DNA of 64,000 bases, taken from Macrostomum lignano (taxonomy: Eukaryota). The notes beneath the pieces were generated by a model that made no database searches, had not been told where the DNA came from, and saw only the letters and a program-made list of their open reading frames with translations. The position numbers were made by a program, and so were the translations under genes. Of the stretch, positions 1-37,269 are shown piece after piece; position 1 is the stretch's first letter; each line of letters begins with the position of its first letter. The DNA lies in the NCBI GenBank assembly GCA_002269645.1, contig NIVC01001181.1, positions 248,001-312,000 on the forward strand, read 5' to 3'.

Positions 1-152
1 CCTATTGCGCAGAGAGTTTGTGTTTAGCTACAGAAAAGCAGCTGAGCTTAAATTTAATGCTAGAAATTCAGTTGAATGCACAAGACAGCCACTGTTCCTA
101 GAGGCTGTAAAAGAAAAATCCTTTTTTGGGCAAATACTTGGGCTACGGCAAG

Positions 153-270
153 CCTGGCGTAACGCCTTCGGCGACATCGCTTCAAAACCTGCGCTGATGG
201 CAATTCTGCACATTCCGCAGACCCCTGAGCACAAATAAGCACGCCAATACTGTACGCAGGCACGCACTCA
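153..270 (-). repeat. Short interspersed repeat fragment, related to 47746-47844
   Basis: Minus-strand tgagtgcgtgcctgcgtacagtattggcgtgcttatttgtgctcagg...gcagaattgcc...gccgaaggc aligns by eye to the plus strand at 47746-47844, with one internal gap. Confidence 0.7.
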
Positions 271-332
271 TACAGGGTTTGTTTCTTACAGCTCACAGAC
301 CTGCTGACTGAGAAAATCTGTCCTGTTCGTCG

Positions 333-3123
<2,791 letters not shown>

Positions 3124-3584
3124 CCTCGAGGGAGCTCCCTACCCGCCCTCCTACCCAAGTCTACATGTCAGCATCTGCCTGTCGGTATGCGAGAGTGTCT
3201 CCCAGTCCCCAAAAATGAAGATCAACTACACAATATGCGCGCTTGAAGCAAGCAATAAGAGGAAAAGTCACGAACAAACAGGAGTCATTCACTCATCACA
3301 AGAGCACAAATTCGAATAATCTCGATGAACGCAGTGACGCATCTGGTGCGGCCTTATCGCTACACAAAATTAAGCAAAAATCGGAATTATTCTCTGATAA
3401 TTAATAAGTCGGGCAAGAATGGCAAATTCATTATGAAACGAAAACTATGGCTCAGTGCGTGACCAAAAGCGAGATGGAGTATTCTACATGCGATATCGAC
3501 AACTGGGATTAATCCCGCATATGTGTGATTATTTATCAATAATTTTCATAATGAAATTTCCAGCTGACTTTTAAACGATTGTTA

Positions 3585-5222
3585 ATCTTGCATTGTGAAT
3601 CTTGTATTGTGAATCTAGGATTGTGAATCTATGATAGTGAATCTAGGATTGCGAATCTAGGATTTTGAATCTTGAATTGTGAATCTTGAATTGTGAATCT
3701 AGTATTGTGAAACTTGTATTGTGAATATAGGATTGTGAATCTAGGATTGTGAATCTATGATAGAGAATCTAGGATTGTGAATCTTGAATTGTGAATCTAG
3801 AATTGTGAATCTTGAATTGTGAATCTAGGATTGTAAATCTTGAATTGTGAATCTAGGATTGTGAATCTTGAATTGTGAATCTATGATTGTGAATCTAGGA
3901 TTGTGAATCTAGGATTGTGAATCTTGAATTTTGAATCTAGATTGTGAATCTAGGATTGTGAATCTAGGATTGTGAATCTAGGATTGTGAATTTAGGATTG
4001 TGAATCGAGGATTGTGAATCTAGGATAGTGAATCTTGAATTGTGAGTCTATGATTGTGAATCTATGATTGTGAATCTTGAGTTTTGAATCTAGATTGTGA
4101 ATTTAGGATTGTGAATCTTGGATAGTGAATCTAAAGATTGTGAATGTAGGATTGTGAATCTAGGATTGTAAATCTAGGATTGTAAATCTTGCATTGTGAA
4201 TCTTGCATTGTGAATCTAGGATTGTGAATCTAGGATTGTGACTCTTGTATTGTGAATCTAGGATTGTGAATTTAGGATTGTGAATCGAGGATTGTGAATC
4301 TAGGATTGTGAATCTTGTATTGTGAATCTAGAATTGTGAATCTAGGATTGTGAATTTAGGATTGTGAATCTATGATAGTGAATCTAGGATTGCGAATCTA
4401 GGATTTTGAATCTTGAGTTGTGAATCTAGAATTGTGAATCTTGAATTGTGAATCTAGGATTGTGAAACTTGTATTGTGAATATAGGATTGTGAATCTAGG
4501 ATTGTGAATCTTATATTGTGAACATAGAATTGTAATCTAGGAAAGAGAATCTAGGATTGTGAATCTTGAATTGTGAATCTTGGATAGTGAACCTAAAGAT
4601 TGTGAATCTTGAATTGTGAATCTTGGATAGTGAACCTAAAGATTGTAAATCTTGAATTGTGAATCTAGGATTGTGAATCTTGAATTGTGAATCTATGATT
4701 GTGAATCTAGGATTGTGAATCTTGAATTTTGAATCTAGATTGTGAATCTAGGATTGTGAATCTTGGATAGTGAATCTAAAGATTGTGAATCTTGAATTTT
4801 GAATCTAGGATTGTGAATGTAGGATTGTGAATCTAAGATTGTGAATCTAGGATTGTGAATCTTGGATAGTGAATCTAAGATTGTGAATCTTGAATTTTGA
4901 ATCTAGGATTGTGAATGTAGGATTGTGAATCTAAGATTGTGAATCTAGGATTTTGAATCTAGGATTGTGAATGTAGGATTGTGAATCTAAGATTGTGAAT
5001 CTTGAATTTTGAATCTAGGATTGTGAATGTAGGATTGTGAATCTAAGATTGTGAATCTAGGATTTTGAATCTAGGATTGTGAATGTAGGATTGTGAATCT
5101 AAGATTGTGAATCTTGAATTTTGAATCTAGGATTGTGAATGTAGGATTGTGAATCTAAGATTGTGAATATATGATAGTGAATCTAGGATTGCGAATCTAG
5201 GAAAAATCAAGGATTGTGAATC
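3585..5222. repeat. Minisatellite, ~14-bp unit GGATTGTGAATCTA (degenerate)
   Basis: Direct tandem repeats, intronic to ZFYVE26. Confidence 0.95.
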
Positions 5223-5392
5223 TGTCTGTCCGTCTGTCTTTCTGTCTGTCTGTCTGTCTGTCTGTCTGGCTGTGTGTCTGTCTGTCTGTCAGTCTGTCTG
5301 TCCAGAAGTGTGAATCTTAGATTACGAATCTGTAAATCGGATTGCGACTTGAGGACCGCAATTTTAGCAGGTTTCCCTAAAACAATATTTAC

Positions 5393-26144
<20,752 letters not shown>

Positions 26145-26354
26145 TGGCTTTCCAATCCGGGAGCCACAACTTCAGTATCTCTGGCACTTTGGTATCCCTT
26201 TTGTACCGCGTGGAACCCAAATTGAGTTATAATTTTTGGCCTTACATGAATTGAAGCATTGAAATCAAACGCATTTACAATTTTGCTCAAAATCTTACTA
26301 AACTTTTAAATATTTTCTCAGTGTCCTTCATTTCTGTCGCCCCAACTGAGCCTC

Positions 26355-26705
26355 AGTGGGTCCATTCTATCCCCTATTTGACCTTGAGTGTCCATTCTAT
26401 CCCTTATTTGACCTTGAGTGTCCATTCTATCCCCTATTTGACCTTGAGTGTCCATTCTATCCCCTAAATGACCTTCAGGGTCCATTCGATCCCCCAATTG
26501 ACCTTCAGTGTCCATTCTATCCCCTAAATGACCTTCAGTTGTGACTTTCAGTGTCCATTCTATCCCCTAAATGACCTTCAGTGTCCATTCCATCCCCTAA
26601 ATGACCTTCAGTGTCCATTCGATCCCCTAATTGACCATCAGTGGCTCAATTATATCCCCTAACTGACCTTCAGTGTGTCCATTTTTCCCAACTAAACTTC
26701 AGTGT
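26355..26705. repeat. Minisatellite, 30-bp unit (G/C)AGTGTCCATTCTATCCCCTA(TT/AA)TGACCTT
   Basis: Tandem repeats just upstream of the ZFYVE26 start. Confidence 0.9.
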
Positions 26706-27419
26706 TTCCATCCTACACACACTTAATAGTTCCCGAAAAAAACATTCGCGAATACTAAAACTGAATTAAAAATTGAATAAAAACTTCATTAAAAAACTAG
26801 CAATAGTATTCTCTGTTTAACAATCAAAAATCCGAAACAATAAACATCAAGATGCGTGTTTATTTTTGCAACTTAGTTAAAACAGTACATGTACATTGAA
26901 TAGTCAACTAAATAAACTGATTGCTTATTGCACAATATTGACTTGAAAAAAAATAAAGAAAATTCCAGTTCACTTTAATAACAATAGACAGACAGCGCTA
27001 GCATCACCGAGCGAAGAGAACAGGGTATTAAGACACAGCGGTTGGGCATAGCAGAATTGCAAATTTAATGACAAAAATCTTTGCCTACTTATTAGTAGTA
27101 CACATAAAAGTAGTTATAAAAAAACTGAACAAAGAAATGGAATGCAGCAGATTATTATAAAATTGTATAGCAATTATATTTAAATAATAATCACATGTAA
27201 TAAACTCCTACTATTATGCAGTAGAAGGTGAAGCAGAACTAAAAGAAATTCAGCGACTAGATTTTATTGCAAGATTCATATTAGACTACTAATAATGCTA
27301 TAGATTAAAGCAAAAAACAAGCAGCGTTTCTATTGAGTAAAAAAGCTGAAATGTGAGTAATAAATACCTGATTGAATTTTTTGTGCTCTTCTAACGTGTA
27401 ATTTGGGGAGTTTAATGGG

Positions 27420-28250
27420 GTAGAGTTCAGGGAAATTTATGGGGTGAAGTTTAGGGGAGATTTATTGGATGAAATTTGGGGACATTTATGGTTGGAATTT
27501 GGGGAGATTTATGGTTGGAATTTGGGGAGATTTATGGGGGGAAATTTGGAGACATTTATGGTTAGAATTTGGGGAGATTTATGGTTGGAATTTGGGGAGA
27601 TTTATGGGGGAAATTTGGAGACATTTATGGTTAGAATTTGGGGAGATTTATGGTTGGAATTTGGGGAGATTTATGGGGGGAAATTTGGAGACATTTATGG
27701 TTAGAATTTGGGGAGATTTATGGTTGGAATTTGGGGAGATTTATGGGGGGAAATTTGGGGACATTTATGTTGGAATTTGGGGAGATTTATGGTTGGAATT
27801 TGGGGAGATTTATGGTTGGAATTTGGGGAGATTTATGGGGGGAAATTTGGAGACATTTATGGTTAGAATTTGGGGAGATTTATGGTTGGAATTTGGGGAG
27901 ATTTATGGGGGGAAATTTGGAGACATTTATGGTTAGAATTTGGGGAGATTTATGGTTGGAATTTGGGGAGATTTATGGGGGGAAATTTGGGGACATTTAT
28001 GTTGGAATTTGGGGAGATTTATGGTTGGAATTTGGGGAGATTTATGGGGGGGAATTTGGAGACATTTATGGTTAGAATTTGGGAAGATTTATGGTGTGAA
28101 GTTTGGAGAAATTTATGGTGTGAAGTTTGGAGAAATTTATGGTGTGAAGTTTGGAGAGATTTATGAGGTGAACTTGGGGAGATATATGGGTAAAATTTCG
28201 GGTGATTTAAATGTGAAATTTTGGGAGATTTATGGGGTAGAGTTTAGGGA
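27420..28250. repeat. Composite minisatellite built on a ~23-bp unit GGAATTTGGGGAGATTTATGGTT
   Basis: Tandem variant units downstream of the SAV1 stop codon. Confidence 0.92.
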
Positions 28251-28506
28251 AATTAAAATGTGTGGAATTTGGAAAGATCTATAATTATACCTTATACCTT
28301 ATAAGGTAGGATTTAGAAATATTTAGGGATATATATGACTTAGGGAGACTTTTGGATCGATTTAAGACAAAAGCGCCAAGGAATGTAAGTTAAGGCAGAT
28401 ATTTATAGAAAGCTTACAAAGTAACTCGATAAAAAAGAACAGCTGTTATTGTAATCTGCTGAAATTTACGAGAGCAACTGAAAATACCGGGCGGACAATA
28501 TTGTAA

Positions 28507-30561
28507 TCAGAGCAGCGATGAGTAACGATGCGAGTCTGCACATCCGCCGCAGTCTTCCATTGCCCGCTTTCTGGCAATCAGCGCCACCCTGTAGCGCTCG
28601 TAGGCCGCCACAATGGACTCGGCCTCCTGTTTAGCCATTCGGCCAAGCAGGTCCGATGCGCGTTCCAATTCGTCCGACGAGAATGCGCCCCAATTAATTC
28701 GATTGTCGTAGGCTGCTGGCGCTCTGGCGTACACGGATAGAAACGACTCCAGGTCTGGAAAGGTTTCTTAGAATATATTAAGCTGATTCTTAGAAAAGCC
28801 TTCTTAGAAACTGCAACAATTTAACACCAATTCCAAGAAGCACAATAATGAGCCGATTCTAACAAAAACCAACAATTTTGAATACCATTCTAAGAAACCA
28901 AGTGAGTTTGTTCGCGTTCGCATGATGCATAACTATGTGATGTAGTCTGTCGATGTCACTAATGCGGTTCTAAGAAGCGCGAAACATTTTGGACGATTCT
29001 AAAAAAAACCATCGTTCTAGGGATTTTTTAAGAAACGCTCAAAATTTGGCAATTCCTGAGAAAAGCAGCTTACTTTAGAGCGCTATTACTAAATGACTAC
29101 TTAAGGATGATTCTAAGAAACTAATTATTTTAAACGATTTTTAAGAAAATTTAACATCTATTCTAAGAAACACAAATATTCATTGATAATTCTAACAAAA
29201 AAACAATCTAATCTTGGAAAATTTTAAGAAACGCTAAAATCTAGCAGATCTTGAGAAAAGTATAAGAATTTAGATCGTTTCTAAGAAACATGGATAGGTA
29301 CGGAATATTTCTAAGAAACATGAAAAGTGGTGAAATTATTCTTAAAAACTAAACTGAAGCATGTGTACCTGCCTAATAAAAAGTGATTGTTTTATTCAAA
29401 TTACCTGTCTTTTTAATTGCAGCTTGATCTCCAGATGACTCTACAGTGACAGTTGCGGGTTCCACTGGCTCGCTAACGGGCAGCGGCGGTCGCCTAGGAG
29501 AATTTCCATCGCTGCCTAGCAACCAGGAGGCCTGTTTTGGCCCGGCCATTTGCTGCTTCTGCTGAGCTGCTGTGGGTACTGATATACCATTGAATGGCAG
29601 GCCGGGGTGATGGTACTGCACCGTTCTGGCCACTCGACTGTTCAGCAGTGGTGAGGAGTGGGAGAGTAAATGACATCACTTCTGAAGTTTGGGTTTCTGA
29701 CCTGCATACTGGGCCATTGTCACCCTCCCAGATGTGCACTTGGTGGTCCGCCCTCCCAGATCCTCAGTTGCTGGGCCAGCCTCTCAGATCCTCAGCTGCT
29801 GGGCCAGCCTCCCAGATCCTCGGTTGCTGGGCCAGCCTCCCAGATCCTCAGTTGCTGGGCCAGCCTCCCAGATCCTCAGCTGCTGGGCCAGCCTCCCAGA
29901 TCCTCAGCTGCTGGGCCAGCCTCTCAGATCCTCAATTGCTGGGCCAGCCTCCCAGATCCTCAGCTGCTGGGCCAGCCTCCCAGATCCTCAATTGCTGGGT
30001 CAGCCTCCCAGATCCTCAATTGCTGGACCAGCCTACCAGGACCCAGATCCTCAGTTGCTAGGCAGGCCTCCCAGATCCTCAATCCTGGGCCAGCCCCTTA
30101 GATCCTCAGTTGTTAGACAGGCCAGTCATCGTAAAGAATCCCGGCTGATACAGAGGAAAGAATCCTCACTTGACATAGTAGATGCCTTTCTCTTGACTTT
30201 CAATCCGGTCCCAGCCGCTGGGCAGAGACTCCCTAGCCAGCGGGTGGCTCCAGGATGTTGTCCGGTTAGTGTGGTCAATGTAGTACTTCCTGCCTCGAAT
30301 TGTCCAGTTGATGGACCAGCCGGGAGGCAGGAGATCTTCACCGGCTGCGGTTGATGCTGACGCAGCAGTCACATGATTCAATGGCACAATAGGCATCAGA
30401 GGCCGCTGCCTGTTACCATGGCAACTGATCAGTGCAGAATCTGGCACTGGCGGCTGTTGAAATGTTGTTGGCAATTCTTTGCGAATGTAGCGACCATCAA
30501 TGCCGATGCTCACGCCGCCAAGGCCTGAACCAAGGTGTTTTTTACCACCTCGCGACAGCAT
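28507..30561 (-). CDS. SAV1: Salvador/WW45 Hippo-pathway scaffold (2 WW domains + SARAH), 3 exons, about 290 aa
   Basis: Exons 30170-30561, 29405-29637, 28507-28754 with compatible phases (2, 1). N-terminus MLSRGGKK...GRYIRKE; WW1 [30 protein letters not shown]; WW2 [30 protein letters not shown]; [60 protein letters not shown]. Confidence 0.95.
29750..30115. repeat. Minisatellite, 28-bp unit CCAGCCTCCCAGATCCTCAGCTGCTGGG, in SAV1 intron 1
   Basis: Tandem repeats between the exons ending at 29637 and 30170. Confidence 0.93.
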
Positions 30562-33500
30562 GGTAACTAATTTCTAGTTGACTAATTACTCAGCGAATTC
30601 AACCACGAATTAAGTTCATGACATAAATTCATGACAATTAAGCTGAAATAAATGAATAGCCACATTAACCGCTCTAAGCAGAAGCAGCAGTATTTAATAG
30701 TTTAGCATTGCAAAATTTTATCAATACAAGTGTACCATCTTTTTATAAAATGAAGCACCAATCCCTTATTTAGAAAATCAGTCATTTTTGGGTATCTTTC
30801 TGTTTTTGGATTTGTTTCTAATAACTTTTAAATATCATCAAATAAACAAAAAATAATATATAAACAGCATTTTATATTGCAATTGTTAAAATCTTAAAAA
30901 GTTTTGCTCTATTGCATAAATTTGACAACCTGTTTTTTAAGTCTATAACTATAATTGAATATAAGTGGTGACTATAAGCTTTTTAATTCTAAGCTGATTT
31001 GTGTTTTCTTTATGATAGCTATATTCTAAAAAAATCAAGGTTTTAAAATGGATAAGATGCACAAAAACCTTACCTAAGAAACTAGCAAAGAACAAAATCC
31101 AACATATAAATTCCATAATTTTAGCCATTAACTAGCCATCCTAATAGACAAGTTCAAATGTGGAAAACTATATTACTATAAATTGCTAACAAAATATCTT
31201 ATAATTTGAATAATAAAATAAAATAAATAATATCTATTCATTTTATTATAATAAATATTATTTTATTTTATTACCTGCAATAAGTATTTGAGAGACATAG
31301 GACTTAAAGCTGCAGACATATTAAAACATTTTCTCAGTGCAAAACATGATCCAGAAGAAAACATTCAATTTTTTTAATTTTTTTAACTTTTTTCCTAGAC
31401 TATTCTATTGTGCATAGGCTAAGAAGAATAAGAAAAACCAATAAAATAGGCCTAATAGATATGAAAATGCTATATTTATCAACTAGTATATATAGATCAA
31501 AGAAACAAATAAGAACTACTTGCTACTTCTCTATAGAGTTCCACTATAACCACTACAATCTCTTATCTTATCGTATTACTATATCTTATCTGTCTCCTCT
31601 TATCTTTATTAGAAAAGTTAACAAATTGTAGATGGCTGTCTATTGCATTTTCAACATTTTCTAATGTCACATTGTGGATTCAAGAAAGGCAAGCAATGTT
31701 ACATTGTGCAACAGAATTAAAGTTGAAAAGCAGGGTAGTATTGCATGTTACAGCATATCATAGTTAACAGGTAGCAATGTTAGAAACATGATGCACATAT
31801 GATATTGCAGGAATACTATAATTGTCATTTAAGACTGAGTAGGCTATTGAGTTTCAGAATATTTACTTTATTTTCCAAATATTTCTATTGGTTGTTATCT
31901 GCCATTTTCTGCCATGTTTTATAATTTTTCAAATCATGTCATTATACTTATCATTCTTTTGTCTCCAATATCACACATTTGGACTACTTTTTTAGTATCA
32001 ATATTGTGCATCTATGGATTTTCAAAACTTAATTCAATAAGGCTTTTTATCTGATAATCTAAATCATAGAAAGCATATGCCAGAATAAAAAATATTCTTC
32101 TGCTTATCAGTTGTATTCTATTATCAATGTTAATTAAAAAACAAATGTGTCCAATTCTTGTTTCTTATAAACCCTTATATATTGCATAATTATTAGTAAT
32201 TATGTGGTAGTGCAAACTCCCACTGATGTTTTATTATTTTAAATTTTCTAATAAAAATTTTATGGACTGACATTGGACCCCCATTTTGCTATTGCCCCAT
32301 TTGTGGCCCAATCTGCGTATCCTGTGGCGCAGTTCAATGATGAATTTCAGTCCCTGTTCTGGTTTTCCCACCCTTTTTTCTGGTCTTGCATGTTCTTTTT
32401 CTGATTTTGTTTGTTTCCTCTTTGATTTTCTGCGGCGATTTTTGCTCCCCATGTTCTGGACCCATGTCCACATCCTGTCCCCAGACTCTGTACTTCCTTG
32501 CCCAACGTCTGCTCCCCCATTTGTATTTAATTGGCCTCATTTGGCCCAACTCTATAACCTCTCCCCTCTTCTTGTTTTCTCAAATTATTTAGTAGCCCTA
32601 TCTATTTTTGCTAATACTCTGCTTTGCTAGTGCTCCATTTAATAATACCCATTAATACATTTCTCATAACTTGTACTCTACCTTAGCTTAGTCTCTTTCA
32701 ACTTTAATTTAAAGCCTCGCACCATGGCTCCCCCAGTATCATTTGTCGTCAAGTCGACCCAAACATTCAATAACTAACTATCCTACTAATTATAATAAAT
32801 GAACATTAATTTATTTTATTTTCTGTTGCTAAATACCTAATTAAGAGCCATAGCCTATCTTAAGTCATTTGTCTATAGGGCATAAAATAACCAAGTTCTC
32901 GATTTAAAGAAGCTCTGAGACTTTAATGTTCCATAATACATAAATTATGGTAGTGGCAGTGCTACTCTACTCGCAGTAATAAGTCAAGCATACAATGTAC
33001 ATCTGTTTTGGTGTCTAAGCCCTATTGGAATAAGTGGTATTTTCGCGGACAGCATCCGGCGCACTTTTTCTTTTTCCTCATAGTCATGGCGCATTGCGCC
33101 CTACGCGCGCCATGCGCCATGACGCACAGCAGCTCACAGGTAAGATGCAAGGAGGACATCACGCGCTACATACAGCGCTGCTGAACAAGGATGAGAAGCA
33201 TGCACAGGAGAAAGTCAGCAGCACGGTGGAAATTCAGCAAACTGTAAGTAAAACTTGTTTTTCTAATTTCTATAACTTTGATAATATTGCTATGGGCTAT
33301 AGTATAGCATATCTCCTATCATATGTATTGATTGCTGTGTCATCTAGAATATGCATGCAAGTTAATCGTAAAATTGGAAATTGTAGTTGAAAGATCGCAG
33401 CAGAAATGTTCTTTATTGCCTCATAAACATTATAACATAGTGCCAAATGCTAATTGCTCTTAATGTTCTCTTATAACGCAGTTGCAAGAAATAAAAAAGT

Positions 33501-34634
33501 AAACTAAATTCTATTAAAAGTCTCAAAAAATTTTCTGCTTTGTTTAATTATCTTTTTGATTGGTTGCGCGTACATTTATTTATGCTGACATTTAAATGTG
33601 AAAATATTCTTTGAAACACCATGCTAAATAGTTATCAGATTTGATAACCCGACCCGAGCCAAAGTGCTACAACTACTACTGAAAAAGTGTGTGGATAAGG
33701 CAAAGACAATTTTGTTTGTTCGTGAACTCTGTGTTGTTCATCACGGAGTTTCTTCATTTTGTATTAACCGATTAGCCAAATTGAAGTAAAGGGTTTCAGT
33801 GTTCGTAATTATTTTAAGTACTCACTGATGCAATTGCCACACTATTTACATTATTTATTTTTCTTTGAATAGACCAACAATGTAACTTTGTAAGTCAAAA
33901 GACGAGTAGACTAAGAATTAAGAAATAGATACAACTACAACAGAAGGGGGCAGAAGTACAGTACAGAACAGAGTGCAGTAAAACACAAGTGCGGTAAAAC
34001 ACACAACTTTCTCTCAATCTCTTTAAATCTCTCAAAAACGAGTGATGCATCATCAGAATGAACATGATAGAGACTGGAGTCATGCACAATATCACCTAAA
34101 CCTAGAGTGCTATGGCACCCTAGGATTTGAAGATTTGAATGACACATCGTCCATACCACCTTAGGATTTGAAGATTGTCATGACGCACCGTCCAGGCCAC
34201 TTTATGATTGCCATGGCGCACTAGATGCACTGTCCACAGTGTCTGAAAACTTATTCCAATAGGGGTGTCTAAGGACCCACTCTGAATGCTCATGCAGAAT
34301 GAAGACTGCTTGCCTACGACTGAAACTACCCTCCCCCAGAATTGAGGACCCTGGCAGCTAGAAAAACAGGAGAAATTTTGTTAGAGTTTGTCTATGCAAT
34401 TTTTTGGATTTAATTTCTGCAAATTCAACATTACAAACAATTCAAAAGTTAGAACTGCCCCAATTTGGTGTCAAACCTACCAACCACCAAGAAAATTTTC
34501 ATTTCTCTGCCCCACTTCAAAAACAAATACTAAGCTATATAAAATATAAATATATATCATAAACTATACCTATCTATACTTTATTTACCCTTGGCTTTGT
34601 TAGTTTTAACTCATTATAAAAATATAAAATAAAT

Positions 34635-35630
34635 GGGCAATCCTGTAGTTTTGCTTATAAAATTATTTTTGTTAAAAATAAAAACTTTTAAGTAACTTTA
34701 AGCTTAGTAAATGATAGAATAGATAATAGGAAACAAATTTAATATATTATTAAGTGCCTAATTTTGCTTAAATGCATATTTTATGATATTTAAAAAGAAT
34801 ATGTTTTCTTTCTAGCAATTTATAGCTAGCTGACCTGCTGCCCCAATAATAATTATGCCTATGGCCAAGCAACATCTTACTACAGAACTTTGCAAACTAA
34901 TTTGTCAACTTGCATAGTCTATAGAATAACCATAGATAGGGGTTGGGCGATATTGAATTTTCGAGATTTTCGAGATTCGAGATTGGCCTCTTCAAGATAT
35001 TTGAGATTTGATCAAGATTCAAGACATATAGTGGAACAAAAAATATATTTAATAAGTGAAATAAAGTAAATTAATATTAAAATAAAAACTATAAACTCTC
35101 AAAACTATATATTAAATTTGTTTGTTATCTTTATCATCTATTTTTTAGTTAATAGGGTCTTAAATTAGAAAAGTATTCTTTGTAACATGCAAAATTTAAA
35201 CAAAATATTGACATTGACACCATCAAACTCTATGATATGATGTTGCATGCTTCTTATAGATTGAAATGTTTTTTCGAACATTTAATTTTTATCTCAAATC
35301 TTGACATTTTTTCGAGATCATGAAGTCAAGATTGAGATTTGAGAAAACCCCAAGATCTCGGATCTCGAGATCGAGATCTTGTCCGATCCCTAACCATAGA
35401 TGAAATAGCTTCTATGAAGTGGCTCACTCGAGGTACTATCTAGTGTAGCATTATTATCTACTTTAACCTCCATTAACATTGTTTATATATATTCAAACAA
35501 TAGTAGATACTCAATAATAAGTTAAATTCATTTTTTTATCTATTCTATCCCTTATTACACTTAAGGTTACTTAAAAGTTATTATTTTTAACAAAAATAAT
35601 GTAATATACAAAACTACAACAGGATTGCCA
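34635..35630. mobile_element. Fold-back/inverted-repeat element flanking the hAT MITE
   Basis: 34635-34742 (ggcaatcctgtagttttg...ttattttgttaaaaata...acttttaagtaac...gatagaatagata) is an imperfect inverted copy of 35521-35630. Confidence 0.65.
34937..35392. mobile_element. Non-autonomous hAT-like DNA transposon (MITE), 456 bp
   Basis: Perfect 8-bp TSD ACCATAGA at 34929-34936 and 35393-35400. Imperfect TIRs (TAGGGGTTGGGCGATAT vs reverse complement TAGGGATCGGACAAGAT). Subterminal GAGAT/ATCTC repeats. An 8-bp TSD with TAGGG termini is typical of hAT. Confidence 0.8.
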
Positions 35631-37269
35631 TAGAAATATTTATAATTTTTTTTCAGTTACTATATAAATAATTATGCTAATACTATTATATAGTACTAGG
35701 TAAATAGCACCAAAAATATTTACAATAGGCCCTATTCTAAATAGAAAATGATTCCCATTTTCTAGACTAGGCCCTTGTCTAGGGATTTTTATCTTTTTTG
35801 TTTCTTCTCTTTTCTCTCTTCTATTTCCCCCTTAAGCTAATGGCCAGCAGCCATTAGCTTAGTTCTTTATCTGGGCATCTGGCCCCAGCCCCCAGGGTAA
35901 ACAAAATTTCTGACTCCAAAGTCCAAACATAAATTTTAAGCAATGGTTTAGTATTTAATGATGAATGAACCTAATGAAATGAATGCAGAATGGAATTGAA
36001 TTAAATTGCAGGAATGCAGCCGCTATAATATGAATGAAATGCAAAAAATATTTGGATGCAGTCCATTTCGCCTTTGGCAAAGGCGAACTTTTAGTTTTAG
36101 TTAGAGTGCAACAGTATTTTTCGTTGTAATTAATTGACGTTTGCCAAATCTCTTCACCAAAGTGGGTTGAATGGAAACAATATTATATACGGTATACAGA
36201 TAACAGATGCATTACCTATGTAAAGGCTAATTTACCCTGCCTTTATCTATGAATTGCGATCACTTGAAAGGATACATGAATTTAATAATTATTAACTTCT
36301 TATTCTTAGTAGTAGTAGTAATAAATAGCTTAGGCATGACAGGATTGACAGCCTGATTACCAATACGAAAAAAGTGAGTTGATTTACACAAATGTATTTT
36401 CGAAAGTTAAACTAAGATTTTGGCGAGACGATTTGTTTGCTGAACGTTATATTCGTAATTTTAGAGAACCTTTTCTACGAAATTATTAAATTTGAATTTG
36501 CGCAAAACTTAATTTTTGCGACCGGTACATAAAACTGCATGAAAACAAATGTGCGACAGCAAAAAGCTTTAAAGCGCAGGATAAATGTTAGTAATGAAAT
36601 GGAATCTTAGTATCATTTGATGTTTTGATAAAAATTGTATAAAGTAGATACTGTAAGTTTAAGCAAAGAGCAAAGAAATCCTGGCGAGCAAATATATATA
36701 AATACATGGTTATTGAAGTACATAAACAACTACATGTATGAACAAAATGTAACCATTCAAAAAGAAATTTTGCTTTAAGATGAAACCATTATAAAAGCAT
36801 TTACTTAATTATCAATTGATAAAAGATTTAGAGGCCTATATATGCTGCTCTCTGCATGGTTTGTCAAATTTTCAGAATCAAATAAGCACATCAAGCTAGG
36901 CGTAGCATATCTTTGGAATGAACGAACTATATATAGCTCCGTTTGGGATGAGTTAAAAAATAAAAAAAATGAAATTTTCAATAAAGAAAAAGTTTGGGTT
37001 ATAATACTCGTATATATCTCTCTATATGGCCCCCAAGCATGCATGCATGGGTACGCTCAAAAAGAACAAAGTCGTCGATCTCTGTTTGCACCCTGCGACC
37101 AATTGGACGAACTTATTCATCATCATAGCAATCGAAAGATACTGTTTTTCAAATACTGAAAGTTAAGAACTCTGTGCTTTTTTCAAGAAAACAATTGGCC
37201 ATGGCATTTTTAAAGTACGTATTATGATTAAAGTAAGCTGTAATTATCAAACTTCGCTGCTGCATATTG

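Noticed and set aside
5-296. Short ORFs at the left edge as a possible next ZFYVE26 exon
   Set aside because: No convincing spastizin similarity, and the segment matches an interspersed repeat at 47746-47844.
32234-37159. Assorted 60-120 aa ORFs in the AT-rich island
   Set aside because: No recognisable domains, no exon-like GC/codon bias and no coherent splice pattern.
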